This document shows positions 39,808-49,816 of a DNA stretch of 64,000 nt, one piece after another. The stretch's first letter is position 1. Every line of letters begins with the position of its first letter. The stretch spans positions 128,001 to 192,000 of the forward strand of contig CAWGZR010000004.1 of the NCBI GenBank assembly GCA_963827165.1, in the 5' to 3' direction. The DNA comes from Candidatus Bathyarchaeota archaeon. GTDB taxonomy: Archaea; Thermoproteota; Bathyarchaeia; Bathyarchaeales; Bathycorpusculaceae. The position numbers were made by a program, and so were the translations under genes. A model generated the notes under the pieces. The model did not search any database, was not told where the DNA came from, and saw nothing but the letters and a program-made list of their open reading frames with translations.

Positions 39808-40717
39808 TTTCTTTTACACTCCCAAAATGTTTCTTTCTAAGGTAAACTTCTAAGCCTTTAGTTATATCTTCAAAAACAGATGTGTCCTCCCAAGCTATGG
39901 CAGTTCCAACCTGCACGGCTGAAGCGCCAGCTAACAAAAACTCGACGGCGTCGCGCCATCCGCTTATGCCTCCGCAGCCGATGATGGGCACATCAGGCAA
40001 CTCTTCGCGAATGTCGAATACGCATCGGAGAGCCACTGGCTTGATTGCTGCACCCGACAAACCGCCCTTGATGTTGCTTAAAATTGGGTGCGTTGTTTCC
40101 GTGTCGATCGCCATGGCTTTTAACGTGTTCACCGCGGTTAAGGCATCGGCGCCTGCTTCAACTGCCGCCTTAGCCGACACTGTTATGTCTGCGACATTTG
40201 GCGTTAGCTTCACGATGACTGGTTTGTTAATGGTTGCCTTCACCTTTTCAACTACTTGTGAAAGAAGACGAGGGTTTTGACCGATTTCCGAGCCGGTATA
40301 TTGAACGTGTGGGCAAGAAACGTTAAGTTCCACTGCGTCCGCCCCTGCTTTGACGGCTTTCTCAGCGACGGATGCGTATTCGTCCTCGGTGTAGCCGAAA
40401 ACGCTAACGATAAGAGGGATTCGAAGAATTGTTTTTGCGTATTCTATTTCACCTTTGTACTCGTCGATTCCTGGGTTTGGTAAACCCATCGCGTTTATCA
40501 ACCCTGATTCAGCTTGAACCACCGTTGGGTTCGGGTAGCCGACTCGGGGTTCTACGCCTATGGATTTGGTCACAACTGCGCCTGCACCGCCTTTAGCCAC
40601 GCGGTTGAAGGATTCCGCTGAAAAACCCAACACCCCAGAGGCAAGAACCGCTGGGTTCGGCAAATCCAAGCCAGCGAGGCTTACGCGTAACGGATTACTT
40701 TCCAAATTCAAAGTCAC
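39782..40717 (-). CDS. pyrD: Dihydroorotate dehydrogenase 1B catalytic subunit
   Basis: LASG, INAMGLPNPG, ELNVSCPH, VKLTPN, GGLSG. Confidence 0.95.
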   Translation of the reverse strand: MTLNLESNPLRVSLAGLDLPNPAVLASGVLGFSAESFNRVAKGGAGAVVTKSIGVEPRVGYPNPTVVQAESGLINAMGLPNPGIDEYKGEIEYAKTILRIPLIVSVFGYTEDEYASVAEKAVKAGADAVELNVSCPHVQYTGSEIGQNPRLLSQVVEKVKATINKPVIVKLTPNVADITVSAKAAVEAGADALTAVNTLKAMAIDTETTHPILSNIKGGLSGAAIKPVALRCVFDIREELPDVPIIGCGGISGWRDAVEFLLAGASAVQVGTAIAWEDTSVFEDITKGLEVYLRKKHFGSVKEIVNLAHRS

Positions 40718-40822
40718 CTATCCTAAAACTAGTTTGCACAACTAAAAAGATAAAGCTTCTTTTATAGCAAAAAATTAAGTGAAGAACAATTGATTTTTTT
40801 AGGGTTGAGCCTTTCTTGGTGG

Positions 40823-42383
40823 CTATTTTGTGAACAGAGGATTGTCCTGAATGTACTCTTTTCCAGTTTTCAGGGCGATTTCAGCCTTTGCCTAGTTCAC
40901 TTCCAAGATAGGCCAAGTGAAGCGGCTGCTGCGCCAAACCCAATTCTGAGATTTTTGTGTAGATTGCGTCTGCGGTTTTGCCCTTGATGATTTCGTCGGG
41001 TTCACTCATTTTTTTGTTTGAGTAATGAAGCGCCACAATGTTTCCGCTCATTCGCTCGAGGACGATCCTAAAAGATCCAGAAGCATCCAGTTCCGTCGCG
41101 CGCGTTTTTTCAGCGAAGATTACGGGTGCTTTCTCCTCCAGAATTCGGTCGTAGGGTTCCTCCCTATTTCTTTTGTCTTTAAAAATGAGAAGATCCAAGC
41201 CGAGGTCTTTCGGGACGGAACCACGTTTTTTGGCAAGAAACATCATTTTAGCCGCCGTGGCTTCTTCGCTTACGCTACCTCTTGCCTTGTTGCTTTTCTC
41301 TGTTGCCAAAAGGATGCTTGCCCCCACCTCAGAGGATAGCCGTGCCAGCAAAGCGTTAACGCCGACAGAGTCAGCATCCATCAGTTCGCTGACGTTCGAA
41401 ACACCTACGAATAAGGGGACATTGGGGTTTCTTTGGGCGAACAACCGGAAAGCAGTAAAAGACTCAAAAATGTCTGTTGGGTCAAGAATGAGGTCGGCAA
41501 CGCATTTTGATATACCCAGCCGTTTTGCCTTGGCAATGGTTTTTTCTAGGAAAGCTACTCGTTCCTCCGCTTTTTTGGGAAAGAACCCTTCCTGCTGATT
41601 GGTCGGAATCACGACCACCACAACCTCTGATGTGAACGGTGCGATTGCTTCAATGTTGCCTGCATCCCCGCTTAAAACCAAGTCGGCTCCCGCATCCACT
41701 GCTTCTCGAATTTCTGCAGCATCAAGCGAGTCAATGCTCACAGGAACCTTTACCGTCCGTTTAACAAGCGCCACAATCCGTTTTGCTTCGGAAGGATGTG
41801 ATTCACCTGCCACCATGCCCACATCAACTATGTCTGCGCCTGTCTCCACGTGCTGTTTCGCAATTCGTAAAATTGTTTCTTCGTTCAATGTTGGGGCGTC
41901 AATGATTTCTCCGAGGACACGCATGGGGAAAACTTTGCCGACAGCAACGTCACCTATCAACATGCTGCCAGGTTCTTTGAGAAGTTCTAATCGGTTCTTC
42001 TCAGTTTTCTCTATTTCTTCAAACGCTCTTTCCTCAAGCCTCTCGCGAAGTAAATCGTCAGCTGGCTCAACAGTGGAAAGCTTAACTTGCCCAAGCATAT
42101 CCAGCACAAGCGGCAGGTCGGCGTCATACCGAGATCCCTTAAACACCGGGATACCGACGGCTTTAGAGATTGCTACGACGTCCTCACAAACCAAGCCAGG
42201 CGTCAAAACCAAATCATAATCTTTCAAGTCTATTTTTTTTAGCTCTTCGATGATGATTTTAGGTGTCAAGAACGCGGCAATGGCAACCTTCAACCCCACA
42301 ATATGAGTTCCCACTTTGCTTTGCTTGGCGTAGCTTTCAACAGCCTCTTTTTCCTGTACGCTTGTGACAAGGAGCACCTTCAT
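40823..42383 (-). CDS. Dihydropteroate synthase-like protein (frameshift near the 3' end)
   Basis: Pterin-binding barrel (GADIVDVG, VSIDS, ADLILDP, LMDADSVGVN). An extra A near 40888 displaces the conserved KAEIALKTGKEYIQD tail. Confidence 0.8.
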
Positions 42384-43027
42384 TCTTGAATCCATGCCCC
42401 AATTCTTTTCATCAAATCGGCCATAACCGCGGAGTACGAAGAGTTCGGCGCAACCCTTCCGACAATCTCGTTGCAGTCAGCAATCTTTCTTAAAAGTTCC
42501 CGCACATGATCCTGTTCATTAGAGTTGCCTGACAATGCTTTAACGCGCGTCGCATGGATGATAGCTTCAATCGTCACTCCAAATGCGCGGCAATAAACCT
42601 TCGGAAAACCCTTTTCCGCTTTAACCTGTTCCACTCTAAAAAAAGCCTTAGTTTTCTCCGCTCCATGTGGCAATAGGTCAACTAAAGAAACGTCAATCGT
42701 CGCTTCTGCCAGCCTTAGTTTGGGTGCGTTTGCGACCTGGGATTTTATGAACCACTCGTCGGGAACCGCGTCGTCTGGGTTTGTCTCTTTGAAAGCTGTT
42801 CGGAAGTAAACTTCAATGGTACTTGTCAAGTTTACTGTGGCACATCTAAGGTTTTTTATGTTTACAAGGGTTTTGGATGAATTGTAGAGGATGATGGCTA
42901 GGTGCTGCTCATCTTGTAGGCTGGCACCCATGGGCGCAGCGTTGGGCGATCCGTCCGAATTGTAGGTTGCAACTATGGTTTCTGAGATTGCGCCTTTTTG
43001 GAAACCTAAATCGCTGAGTTTAGCCAT
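42380..43027 (-). CDS. DUF447 family protein
   Basis: ETIVAT...PNAAPMG, S.TL.N, IEAIIHATR. Confidence 0.82.
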   Translation of the reverse strand: MAKLSDLGFQKGAISETIVATYNSDGSPNAAPMGASLQDEQHLAIILYNSSKTLVNIKNLRCATVNLTSTIEVYFRTAFKETNPDDAVPDEWFIKSQVANAPKLRLAEATIDVSLVDLLPHGAEKTKAFFRVEQVKAEKGFPKVYCRAFGVTIEAIIHATRVKALSGNSNEQDHVRELLRKIADCNEIVGRVAPNSSYSAVMADLMKRIGAWIQE

Positions 43028-43231
43028 CGAACAAACCCAATTGACCTAGAAGGTTGCGGTAATTAAGTTTTACCAGCACCGAACCTGCCTATGCCGGATA
43101 GTTCTTCACAAAGCAAATTGCAGGTGCCCTTTGCGGTTATGGAAGGTTTTTAAAGGGTTGCATGCTCTATTTTTACTGAGGATTTTAAGTCTTCATTCTT
43201 AAGAGCATGCCTTTTGGCGGTTAAGCATACC

Positions 43232-44608
43232 ATGACGGTTAAAGTAGCTTTGGTTTACCCGTATTTTCACCCGACGAATGACAACTCGATTTTTCGTTTT
43301 CCGCCTTTGGGTTTAGGCTACCTAGCTGCCGCCTTAAAAAAGCACGGTTTGGAGGTTGAGTTGGTTGACTGCACTTTTCTGCAGTTTCCGCAGGCGGTCG
43401 AGCGGGTTAAGCAGGCGAAGGCTGACATTGTTGGTTTTTATTCAATGTTTTCGATGAAGAAAACTACGCTTGAGTTGGCTGCAGCGATCAAACAGGCCTG
43501 TGGAGGCGGATGCGGCTTGTTTGTGGTTGGCGGTCCCATGCCTAGTTGGTCGCCTGAAAGCTTTCTCGGCGCTTTCGACGTGGTGGCGGTTGGCGAGGGC
43601 GAAGAAACTATGGTTGAACTTGCCAACTGTGTTTCGAATGGGATGCCTCTTTCAAATGTGGGGGGGCTTGTCTTCAGGGATGGCGAACGTGTTGTGCATA
43701 CGAAGCCTAAGTCATTCATCAGCGATTTGGACAGCTTAGCATATCCGTCCCGTGAGCTATTTGACAACTTGGCTTATCAGAAGTATTATCTTGACCGTTT
43801 CGGCTACTCGACGTCGTCATTGATTACGTCTCGGGGTTGCCCGTTTTCATGCGATTTCTGCAGCCGGCCCATTTTCGGCGTTGATATGAGAAGCCGCTCT
43901 GTAGGGAGCATTGTTGGCGAAGTGGAGCAGATTAAATCGCTTGGTTATTCACGTGTGTGGTTTGCCGATGACTGCTTCACCTTAAACCGTAATCACTTGC
44001 TGAACGTTTGTGACGAATTGAGGCGCCGCCAAGTTGACATAGGTTGGGAGTGCCTGTCGCGCGTCGACACTATGAACAGCGAGGTTGCGGAGGGCATGAA
44101 GCGTGCAGGATGTCTGCGTGTTTTCTTTGGGATAGAGTCAGGCAACAACTCGGTTTTAGCTTTAATGAACAAATGCATCACAACCCAACAGGCTAAGAGA
44201 GCTGTGTATGCCGCCAAAACCGCGGGTCTGAAAGTCGGCGCCTTTTTCATAGTTGGATACCCAGGAGAAACCGACAAAACCGTGCTTGACACAGTGAGGT
44301 TTGCTTCGGGTTTACCGCTGGATTACCTGTCGTTCACGTTGCCTTACCCGATTCCAGGAACTCCACTTTACGAACGCGTTAAAGACAAGAACGTCGAAAT
44401 CGAGGATTGGGAGGAACCGAAAAACTACCGTTTGATAAGGCACAAACTGCTTTACGCCGCCGGTTTCAGCGAGGGAAAACTCAAATTCGCAATCGGGAAG
44501 GCACACGCACAATTCTTCGGCAGGCGGCACCTTGGACGGGTCGGCTACAGCGTTTTGGGCAATCCATTCGAACGCTTAACTGACGCCGCCTTCGAAATTA
44601 TGCGTTGA
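43232..44608 (+). CDS. B12-binding domain radical SAM protein
   Basis: PPLGLGYLAA, GEGE, SRGCPFSCDFC, GIESG, IVGYPGET. Confidence 0.9.
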   Translation: MTVKVALVYPYFHPTNDNSIFRFPPLGLGYLAAALKKHGLEVELVDCTFLQFPQAVERVKQAKADIVGFYSMFSMKKTTLELAAAIKQACGGGCGLFVVGGPMPSWSPESFLGAFDVVAVGEGEETMVELANCVSNGMPLSNVGGLVFRDGERVVHTKPKSFISDLDSLAYPSRELFDNLAYQKYYLDRFGYSTSSLITSRGCPFSCDFCSRPIFGVDMRSRSVGSIVGEVEQIKSLGYSRVWFADDCFTLNRNHLLNVCDELRRRQVDIGWECLSRVDTMNSEVAEGMKRAGCLRVFFGIESGNNSVLALMNKCITTQQAKRAVYAAKTAGLKVGAFFIVGYPGETDKTVLDTVRFASGLPLDYLSFTLPYPIPGTPLYERVKDKNVEIEDWEEPKNYRLIRHKLLYAAGFSEGKLKFAIGKAHAQFFGRRHLGRVGYSVLGNPFERLTDAAFEIMR

Positions 44609-44701
44609 TTTTAGGTTTCAAAGTTTTACTAGCAGATCTTGAAATTTAGAAGACAGACATTTAACCTTCAAAAATTAGTAAAGAGCATCGATTTGCCGCT
44701 A

Positions 44702-45205
44702 ATGCAAAAACTTATCCTTGTCCCGCTCGCTATATCTGGTAAGAATTGCAGTTTTGCCCCTTTTGTTCTGTCTGCATAGTGCAGGCGCCGTCGTTTTGTG
44801 TTTGGTCCTGTTCGCTGCTGCAGCCATCACGGACCTGTTGGATGGCCACTTGGCACGGAAACTGAATGGGCCACAAGGTTCGGTGGCTTCTTTGATGCAA
44901 CCACCGACTTCGTTTTCGTCATCGCCATATACACTTTCTTCAGTCTGCAGGGATTCTACCCCCTTTGGCTGCTGCTCTTAATAGCCGCATCGTTTGTCCA
45001 ATTCATAGTTTCAAGCCACTCCGCAAAAAAACTCTACGACCCTGTCGGCAGATACATCGGCAGCGCACTCTACATCGGCGTTGTGCTAACACTTGTTCTT
45101 CCGACACAGGCAACATTCGCCTTTGTCGATTACGCTTTCCTCGTGTTCTTTCTTGTGTCTCTTGCAAGCCGAGCAATAAGCTTTACAAAAAACCGTCTAA
45201 CATGA
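44702..45205 (+). pseudogene. CDP-alcohol phosphatidyltransferase (frameshifted)
   Basis: TDLLDGHLARK in one frame and TRFGGFFDATTD in another (shift near 44868). A probable second shift lies near the start. Confidence 0.72.
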
Positions 45206-45280
45206 AAGTGGGTTTTAAGCTTTCTTGTCCATTACCAATAAATCAGTCTGCCGCTTCTTTTTGGCAAGGTTGTTGGTTCA

Positions 45281-46285
45281 TTGGATCAAGAAAACCCCAT
45301 CCTAATTCGAGTTTCATTAGGCACCGCTATATTTCTGGGATTATTGACGGGCAAGTTGGATGCTGAGCCTACGACAGCGTACTTGATGACTTACAAGTTG
45401 GGTAAGTGTACGGCTAACTGCGGCTTCTGCCCTCAAGCCCGAACCAGCGAAAGCAACGCGGAAATGCTATCGAGGGTTACATGGCCAACCTTTTCAACCC
45501 AAAAAGTTTTGTCTGCCCTTGGAAAAGGGTTCAGGCAAGGTAAAATCAAGCGAGTTTGCATTCAAGCCTTGAACTACCCTGAAGTTTTCGCGAATCTCCA
45601 AACTCTCGTAAAAAAAATTAAGAAGGAAGTGGCAGTTCCCATTTCGGTTTCTTGTCAGCCTCTTAACAGGGCAAATATTGAGCTTTTGGCGAAGGCGGGG
45701 GTTGATCGGTTAGGAGTGGCATTGGATGCGGCAACCGAGGCTCTGTTCGAGAGGGTCAAAGGTAAAGATGCAGGTGGGTCGTACAGTTGGGATAGCCAGT
45801 TCCACATGCTTGGTGAGGCGTTAACGGTTTTTGGGAAGGGAAACGTCAGCACACACGTGATCGTCGGGTTAGGCGAAACGGAGCACGAGGCAACCGAGGT
45901 AATTCAGAGGTGTGTTGACATGGGTGTCCTGCCTGCTCTTTTTGCGTTCACGCCTGTTCGGGGAACTGCGCTTGAGAAAAATCCGCCGCCTTCAGTGGAG
46001 TCTTACAGGCGGGTTCAGCTTGCTAGATTCTTGATTGTTAGGGGGCAGGCGAGGGTTGACGGCATGCATTTTGATTATCAAGGGAAGATTGAACGCTTTG
46101 GGTTAGCTAAGGAAGCCTTGGAAAAGAGGGTTTTGTCGGGAGAACCCTTTTTGACTTCAGGATGCCCTAGTTGCAACCGACCGTTCTACAATGAAAAACC
46201 CAGTGGACCTATCTACAACTATCCCTACAAGCCTTCGGAAAAGGATGTAAAAGAGTTTAAGCGGCAGTTTACTATTTTTTTCTAG
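45281..46285 (+). CDS. lipS2: Radical SAM protein, archaeal lipoyl synthase LipS2-like
   Basis: CTANCGFC plus the TSGCPSCNRP motif described for LipS2. Confidence 0.75.
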   Translation: MDQENPILIRVSLGTAIFLGLLTGKLDAEPTTAYLMTYKLGKCTANCGFCPQARTSESNAEMLSRVTWPTFSTQKVLSALGKGFRQGKIKRVCIQALNYPEVFANLQTLVKKIKKEVAVPISVSCQPLNRANIELLAKAGVDRLGVALDAATEALFERVKGKDAGGSYSWDSQFHMLGEALTVFGKGNVSTHVIVGLGETEHEATEVIQRCVDMGVLPALFAFTPVRGTALEKNPPPSVESYRRVQLARFLIVRGQARVDGMHFDYQGKIERFGLAKEALEKRVLSGEPFLTSGCPSCNRPFYNEKPSGPIYNYPYKPSEKDVKEFKRQFTIFF

Positions 46286-46871
46286 CGCCGCAGTTTGGAC
46301 AAAAAAGTGCGGTCTGGGGCATGAGTGAACCGCAGTAACTGCATGGGACCAGAACTATTTCTCGTTCAACCTCTTTTGTGACTATTGGGACGGCTTGTCC
46401 GTTAACGGGTTTTTCGACTTGAATTTCGTAGTTTTGTGTTGGAATGTTTGGTCGGTCCTTAACTTGAAGAACTGCAGCTAGCAGCCACTTAGCGTAGTGA
46501 TCTATCGTGTAAATTGTTGGGGTTGCTGCAGGTGAGATTTCCAAGTCATATTGGTAGTTGGCGCTGAAGCCCTGCGGAATGTGCACTAAATCAAACAGTT
46601 TGAATGTCGTGCTGTACGTCACCGCGTTTTCCCAATATTCACTTTGCTGAACTCCGAATTGGTTCGACCAGACTTGGTTTCTTCGAATGTTTTCATTGCA
46701 TGATAAGCAGACAATTGCTTGGTTGACATCGAATTCTTCCTGTGAAACAATTTTAATTCCGCCTTTAACGTGGTCGCCAAGTACATACTGGGTTTTCTCG
46801 GCGGATAGCTGAAGGGTAGCGTTTGGCGCTGTGGGTTTATCGGACCTGTTTGATAACCATTTAGGGCTCAT
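46272..46871 (-). CDS. Arrestin/Spo0M-like beta-sandwich protein with C-terminal zinc ribbon
   Basis: KTQYVLGDHVKGGIKI pattern and CSYCG...CPNCG. Confidence 0.6.
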   Translation of the reverse strand: MSPKWLSNRSDKPTAPNATLQLSAEKTQYVLGDHVKGGIKIVSQEEFDVNQAIVCLSCNENIRRNQVWSNQFGVQQSEYWENAVTYSTTFKLFDLVHIPQGFSANYQYDLEISPAATPTIYTIDHYAKWLLAAVLQVKDRPNIPTQNYEIQVEKPVNGQAVPIVTKEVEREIVLVPCSYCGSLMPQTALFCPNCGARKK

Positions 46872-47008
46872 TTTAGACCACTCTTCTATCGCTTGTTTGC
46901 CTTTTTATGCCCTTTGGTAAGGGTCAGCCCATAAAATTTTCGCTTGTTTTCACTTGAATTGTTAGAAGAAATCATGGAGTTCGAAATTTGATACCTCTAC
47001 CGAGTTTT

Positions 47009-48370
47009 TTAGACTACTAGCTGGTCGGCTGTTTGAGTAGCTTTCTTTTCGTCTTTAGGAAGTTTCGGCTTCTGCCTTGTCACTTGCTCGACTAGACGCC
47101 AGAACTCATCCATTGTGTAGCCTTTAAGCAGGTCCTTCATGAGTCGTTTTACTTGGTAATACGTCATTTGGGCCTCGCCTTTGTCCAAGTTTTCCTGCGG
47201 ACCTTTGATCCGTCGGAAAAGCTCATCCATCTGGCGTGGAGACGCACGAACGCCAGCCTTCTCCAAGAGTTTCTGGATAAGCGTTTGACCTGTGCTTCTA
47301 CCGATAAAAATCGTTGTTTCTCTACCCACGATTTCAGGGGGGAACGGCTCGTAAAGCAGCGGTTGAGCCATCATCTCTTCTACTTCTTCTTCCACCTCAT
47401 GAGTAAAGATGTTTTCGCCGATAATGGGTTTATGGAATTGAATCGGAAGCGCGAATGCTTTTTCAGCGGATTGAGCGAGGCGATAAATCTTTCCCAAGTC
47501 AATGCCTGTATCGATGTTGTAGAGAAGTTCCGCTCCCGTCACAACTTCTTCGAAGGGCGCTATTCCAGCGCGTTCCCCGAAGCCGGCAATGCATGTATGC
47601 AGATATGCGATGCCTTCCTCCATCGCTGCTAAGGTGTTAGATGTCGCTAACCCGAAATCGTTGTGGCAATGAATCGATAGAGGAACCTTGTTTCGTATCG
47701 AATCTGGCAAGCCGTCGCGCACATGAGCCATCAAATAACGCATAGAAAGTGGCCTGATGAATCCCACGCTGTCTGCTAACCCCAGACTTTTAGCCCCAGC
47801 TTTAGCTGCTACTTCAAAAACTTCTAAGATGTCTTCAAGCACCGTTCGTGTACCATCCACAAGCACGAAGTCGACGTTTGCCCCATGTTTTTTCGCGTAA
47901 TCGATCCCTTCAGAAAGCCTCTGCAGAGCCTGGGCTTTAGTTATCTTCAGCTTGTACTGTAGGTTTAGCCCATTGATGGGTGTTTCAATGGTTATTTCCT
48001 TTATTCCACATTCTAAGCAGGCGTTGATGCTGTTTTTAGTCGGTTCGGCTGAGGCGGTTAGTTTAACGTTGCCGAAACTTTCGTTTACAATACGTTTAAC
48101 ATTTCGTTTTTCATCTTCAGACAAAGCTGGAAAACCAACATTGATCAAAGCGACCCCCGCTTCATCCATTAACTTTGCAAGCCTGACCTGCTCAGAGTAA
48201 GTTAAGTAAACCGTTGGCGCCTTGATGCCTTCCCGAAATGTTTCATCCCAAATAAAAACGCGGTCGGGAAGTTTAGGAGGCAGATTCTTTCTTAAACGGT
48301 TGTAATTAGCGATTAGTCCCTGAGCTTCCAGCTTTTTAAATATGGTCTTCCTCATCCAGACACAATCCAT
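47009..48370 (-). CDS. LeuA/homocitrate synthase-family (DRE-TIM) protein with degenerate motifs
   Basis: DETFREG, GFPA, HCHNDFGLA, GFGERAG, KPIIGENIFTHE. Confidence 0.8.
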   Translation of the reverse strand: MDCVWMRKTIFKKLEAQGLIANYNRLRKNLPPKLPDRVFIWDETFREGIKAPTVYLTYSEQVRLAKLMDEAGVALINVGFPALSEDEKRNVKRIVNESFGNVKLTASAEPTKNSINACLECGIKEITIETPINGLNLQYKLKITKAQALQRLSEGIDYAKKHGANVDFVLVDGTRTVLEDILEVFEVAAKAGAKSLGLADSVGFIRPLSMRYLMAHVRDGLPDSIRNKVPLSIHCHNDFGLATSNTLAAMEEGIAYLHTCIAGFGERAGIAPFEEVVTGAELLYNIDTGIDLGKIYRLAQSAEKAFALPIQFHKPIIGENIFTHEVEEEVEEMMAQPLLYEPFPPEIVGRETTIFIGRSTGQTLIQKLLEKAGVRASPRQMDELFRRIKGPQENLDKGEAQMTYYQVKRLMKDLLKGYTMDEFWRLVEQVTRQKPKLPKDEKKATQTADQLVV

Positions 48371-48537
48371 AATATGAATGTTAAGCCGTTATGTTTAATC
48401 ATCGAATTCCTATATAAAACTACATTATGTGAGGTCAACGGCTATTCTTTTTTGAAAAGAAGGGTCGAAATAATGTTTTTGCAAAAGTCTTAAGTGCAGA
48501 GTGGGTTAATGTATAACCGTTAAGAGGGGTACCTGGA

Positions 48538-48750
48538 ATGAGCAGCCTGCAAAACACAATTCAGAAAATCAAGAATTTAGAAACCGAAAAAAAGACTCTT
48601 CTCACCGAAATTGATGAACTGAAGAGAATGGCTGATTTGAAAGTCTCCGCGCTGGAAACCGAGGTTGCTTCTCTACGGGAAGAAGCTAAGACGCTAAAAA
48701 CTTTGATCGGGCAAGAGCAGCTAAGCGTAAACCCGCTTAAGGTTAACTAA
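48538..48750 (+). CDS. Small coiled-coil protein
   Basis: Heptad pattern and GAGGGG RBS. Confidence 0.65.
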   Translation: MSSLQNTIQKIKNLETEKKTLLTEIDELKRMADLKVSALETEVASLREEAKTLKTLIGQEQLSVNPLKVN

Positions 48751-48777
48751 GAATTCCCCCGTTTTGCCGCTTTGCAG

Positions 48778-49641
48778 TTACTGTTGCTCACTTGTCGGCG
48801 GTGTCCGCTGGATAAGAGCATTTACTGCACATGCCAAGGCGTTGCATGATGCCTGACGTGATTCAACGGACGTGTCAGTTTCGAGTTTTTCCAGCGCCTT
48901 ATGTAAACTCTCAATTTTCTCGGTGATTTCCTGCTTTTTCTTCTCGTAGTCATCATGCAGTTTCTCTTGGTCAGCCGTAAATGTTGAAAGCGTCACTTCC
49001 AACTCTGCCTTTTTGGATTTCAAATCCTGCTTCACCTTTGCAAGGCTTTCAGCCGCCTTTCGTTTCGCATTGAACTTATAGAAACTAATTTTGACTAGTT
49101 CCTGGCTTGCAACGTCATCCTCTAACTCGCGAATATCCGTGCTTAAACTTTGGACGTCAGCGTTTCGTTTGAAGCTCAGCTGCCTTGTTTTCTCAGCGTA
49201 TTCTTTGTCGGTTTCCACCAGAAGATGGTTATTGTCAGCCAATTCTTTGGCTTCTCCATCGAGACTGGATTCTGCAATCCTTTTTTCGGCGAGTGCACCT
49301 TCAACATCGAGGAATATCTGTGTCCGTTCTTTTACAAATTGTTCGTCAACTGTTACGGCAGGGTTAGATTCGAATTCTAAGACAATTTGCCTCAGATTTA
49401 CAACCCAAGGGTCAAAATATTGGCTAAAGGGTGAAAGAGCAAAAATCTGGTTCCCCAGACGAGTTAAACTGCCTAACGTTCTTTCAACAATGTCTTTTGC
49501 TGAAACTTGCGTTTCTTCTTCCAAATACTTTCCCGCGGCAGTCCGCTGCTTCTTCTCTTTTGTCTTCTTCTCATGCTCAGACTTCGAGACTTGGCGGCGT
49601 ACAGCGCTTCGACGCGGTCCTGATTGAGATTTAAAGCTCAT
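48778..49641 (-). CDS. Coiled-coil hypothetical protein
   Basis: Long K/E-rich helical ORF. Confidence 0.65.
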   Translation of the reverse strand: MSFKSQSGPRRSAVRRQVSKSEHEKKTKEKKQRTAAGKYLEEETQVSAKDIVERTLGSLTRLGNQIFALSPFSQYFDPWVVNLRQIVLEFESNPAVTVDEQFVKERTQIFLDVEGALAEKRIAESSLDGEAKELADNNHLLVETDKEYAEKTRQLSFKRNADVQSLSTDIRELEDDVASQELVKISFYKFNAKRKAAESLAKVKQDLKSKKAELEVTLSTFTADQEKLHDDYEKKKQEITEKIESLHKALEKLETDTSVESRQASCNALACAVNALIQRTPPTSEQQ

Positions 49642-49816
49642 AGAGACATCACCGTGCAAGAAATATTTAAACAATAACTGTAAAGAAAGTACCGAATTTT
49701 ATTGGGTTGTGGGGTTTGGAGATAACTTGAGGGGGAGAAGGGAGAGCGTGCAAAAAATATAATTCTCCAAACCTTTCCACCCAACCCATTGTTTTCGGTT
49801 TTTTGGCCCTCCGTGA

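Noticed and set aside
40881-40883. TGA ending the DHPS-like ORF as another Sec codon
   Set aside because: The conserved C-terminus continues in a different frame, so this is a +1 insertion in an A-run.
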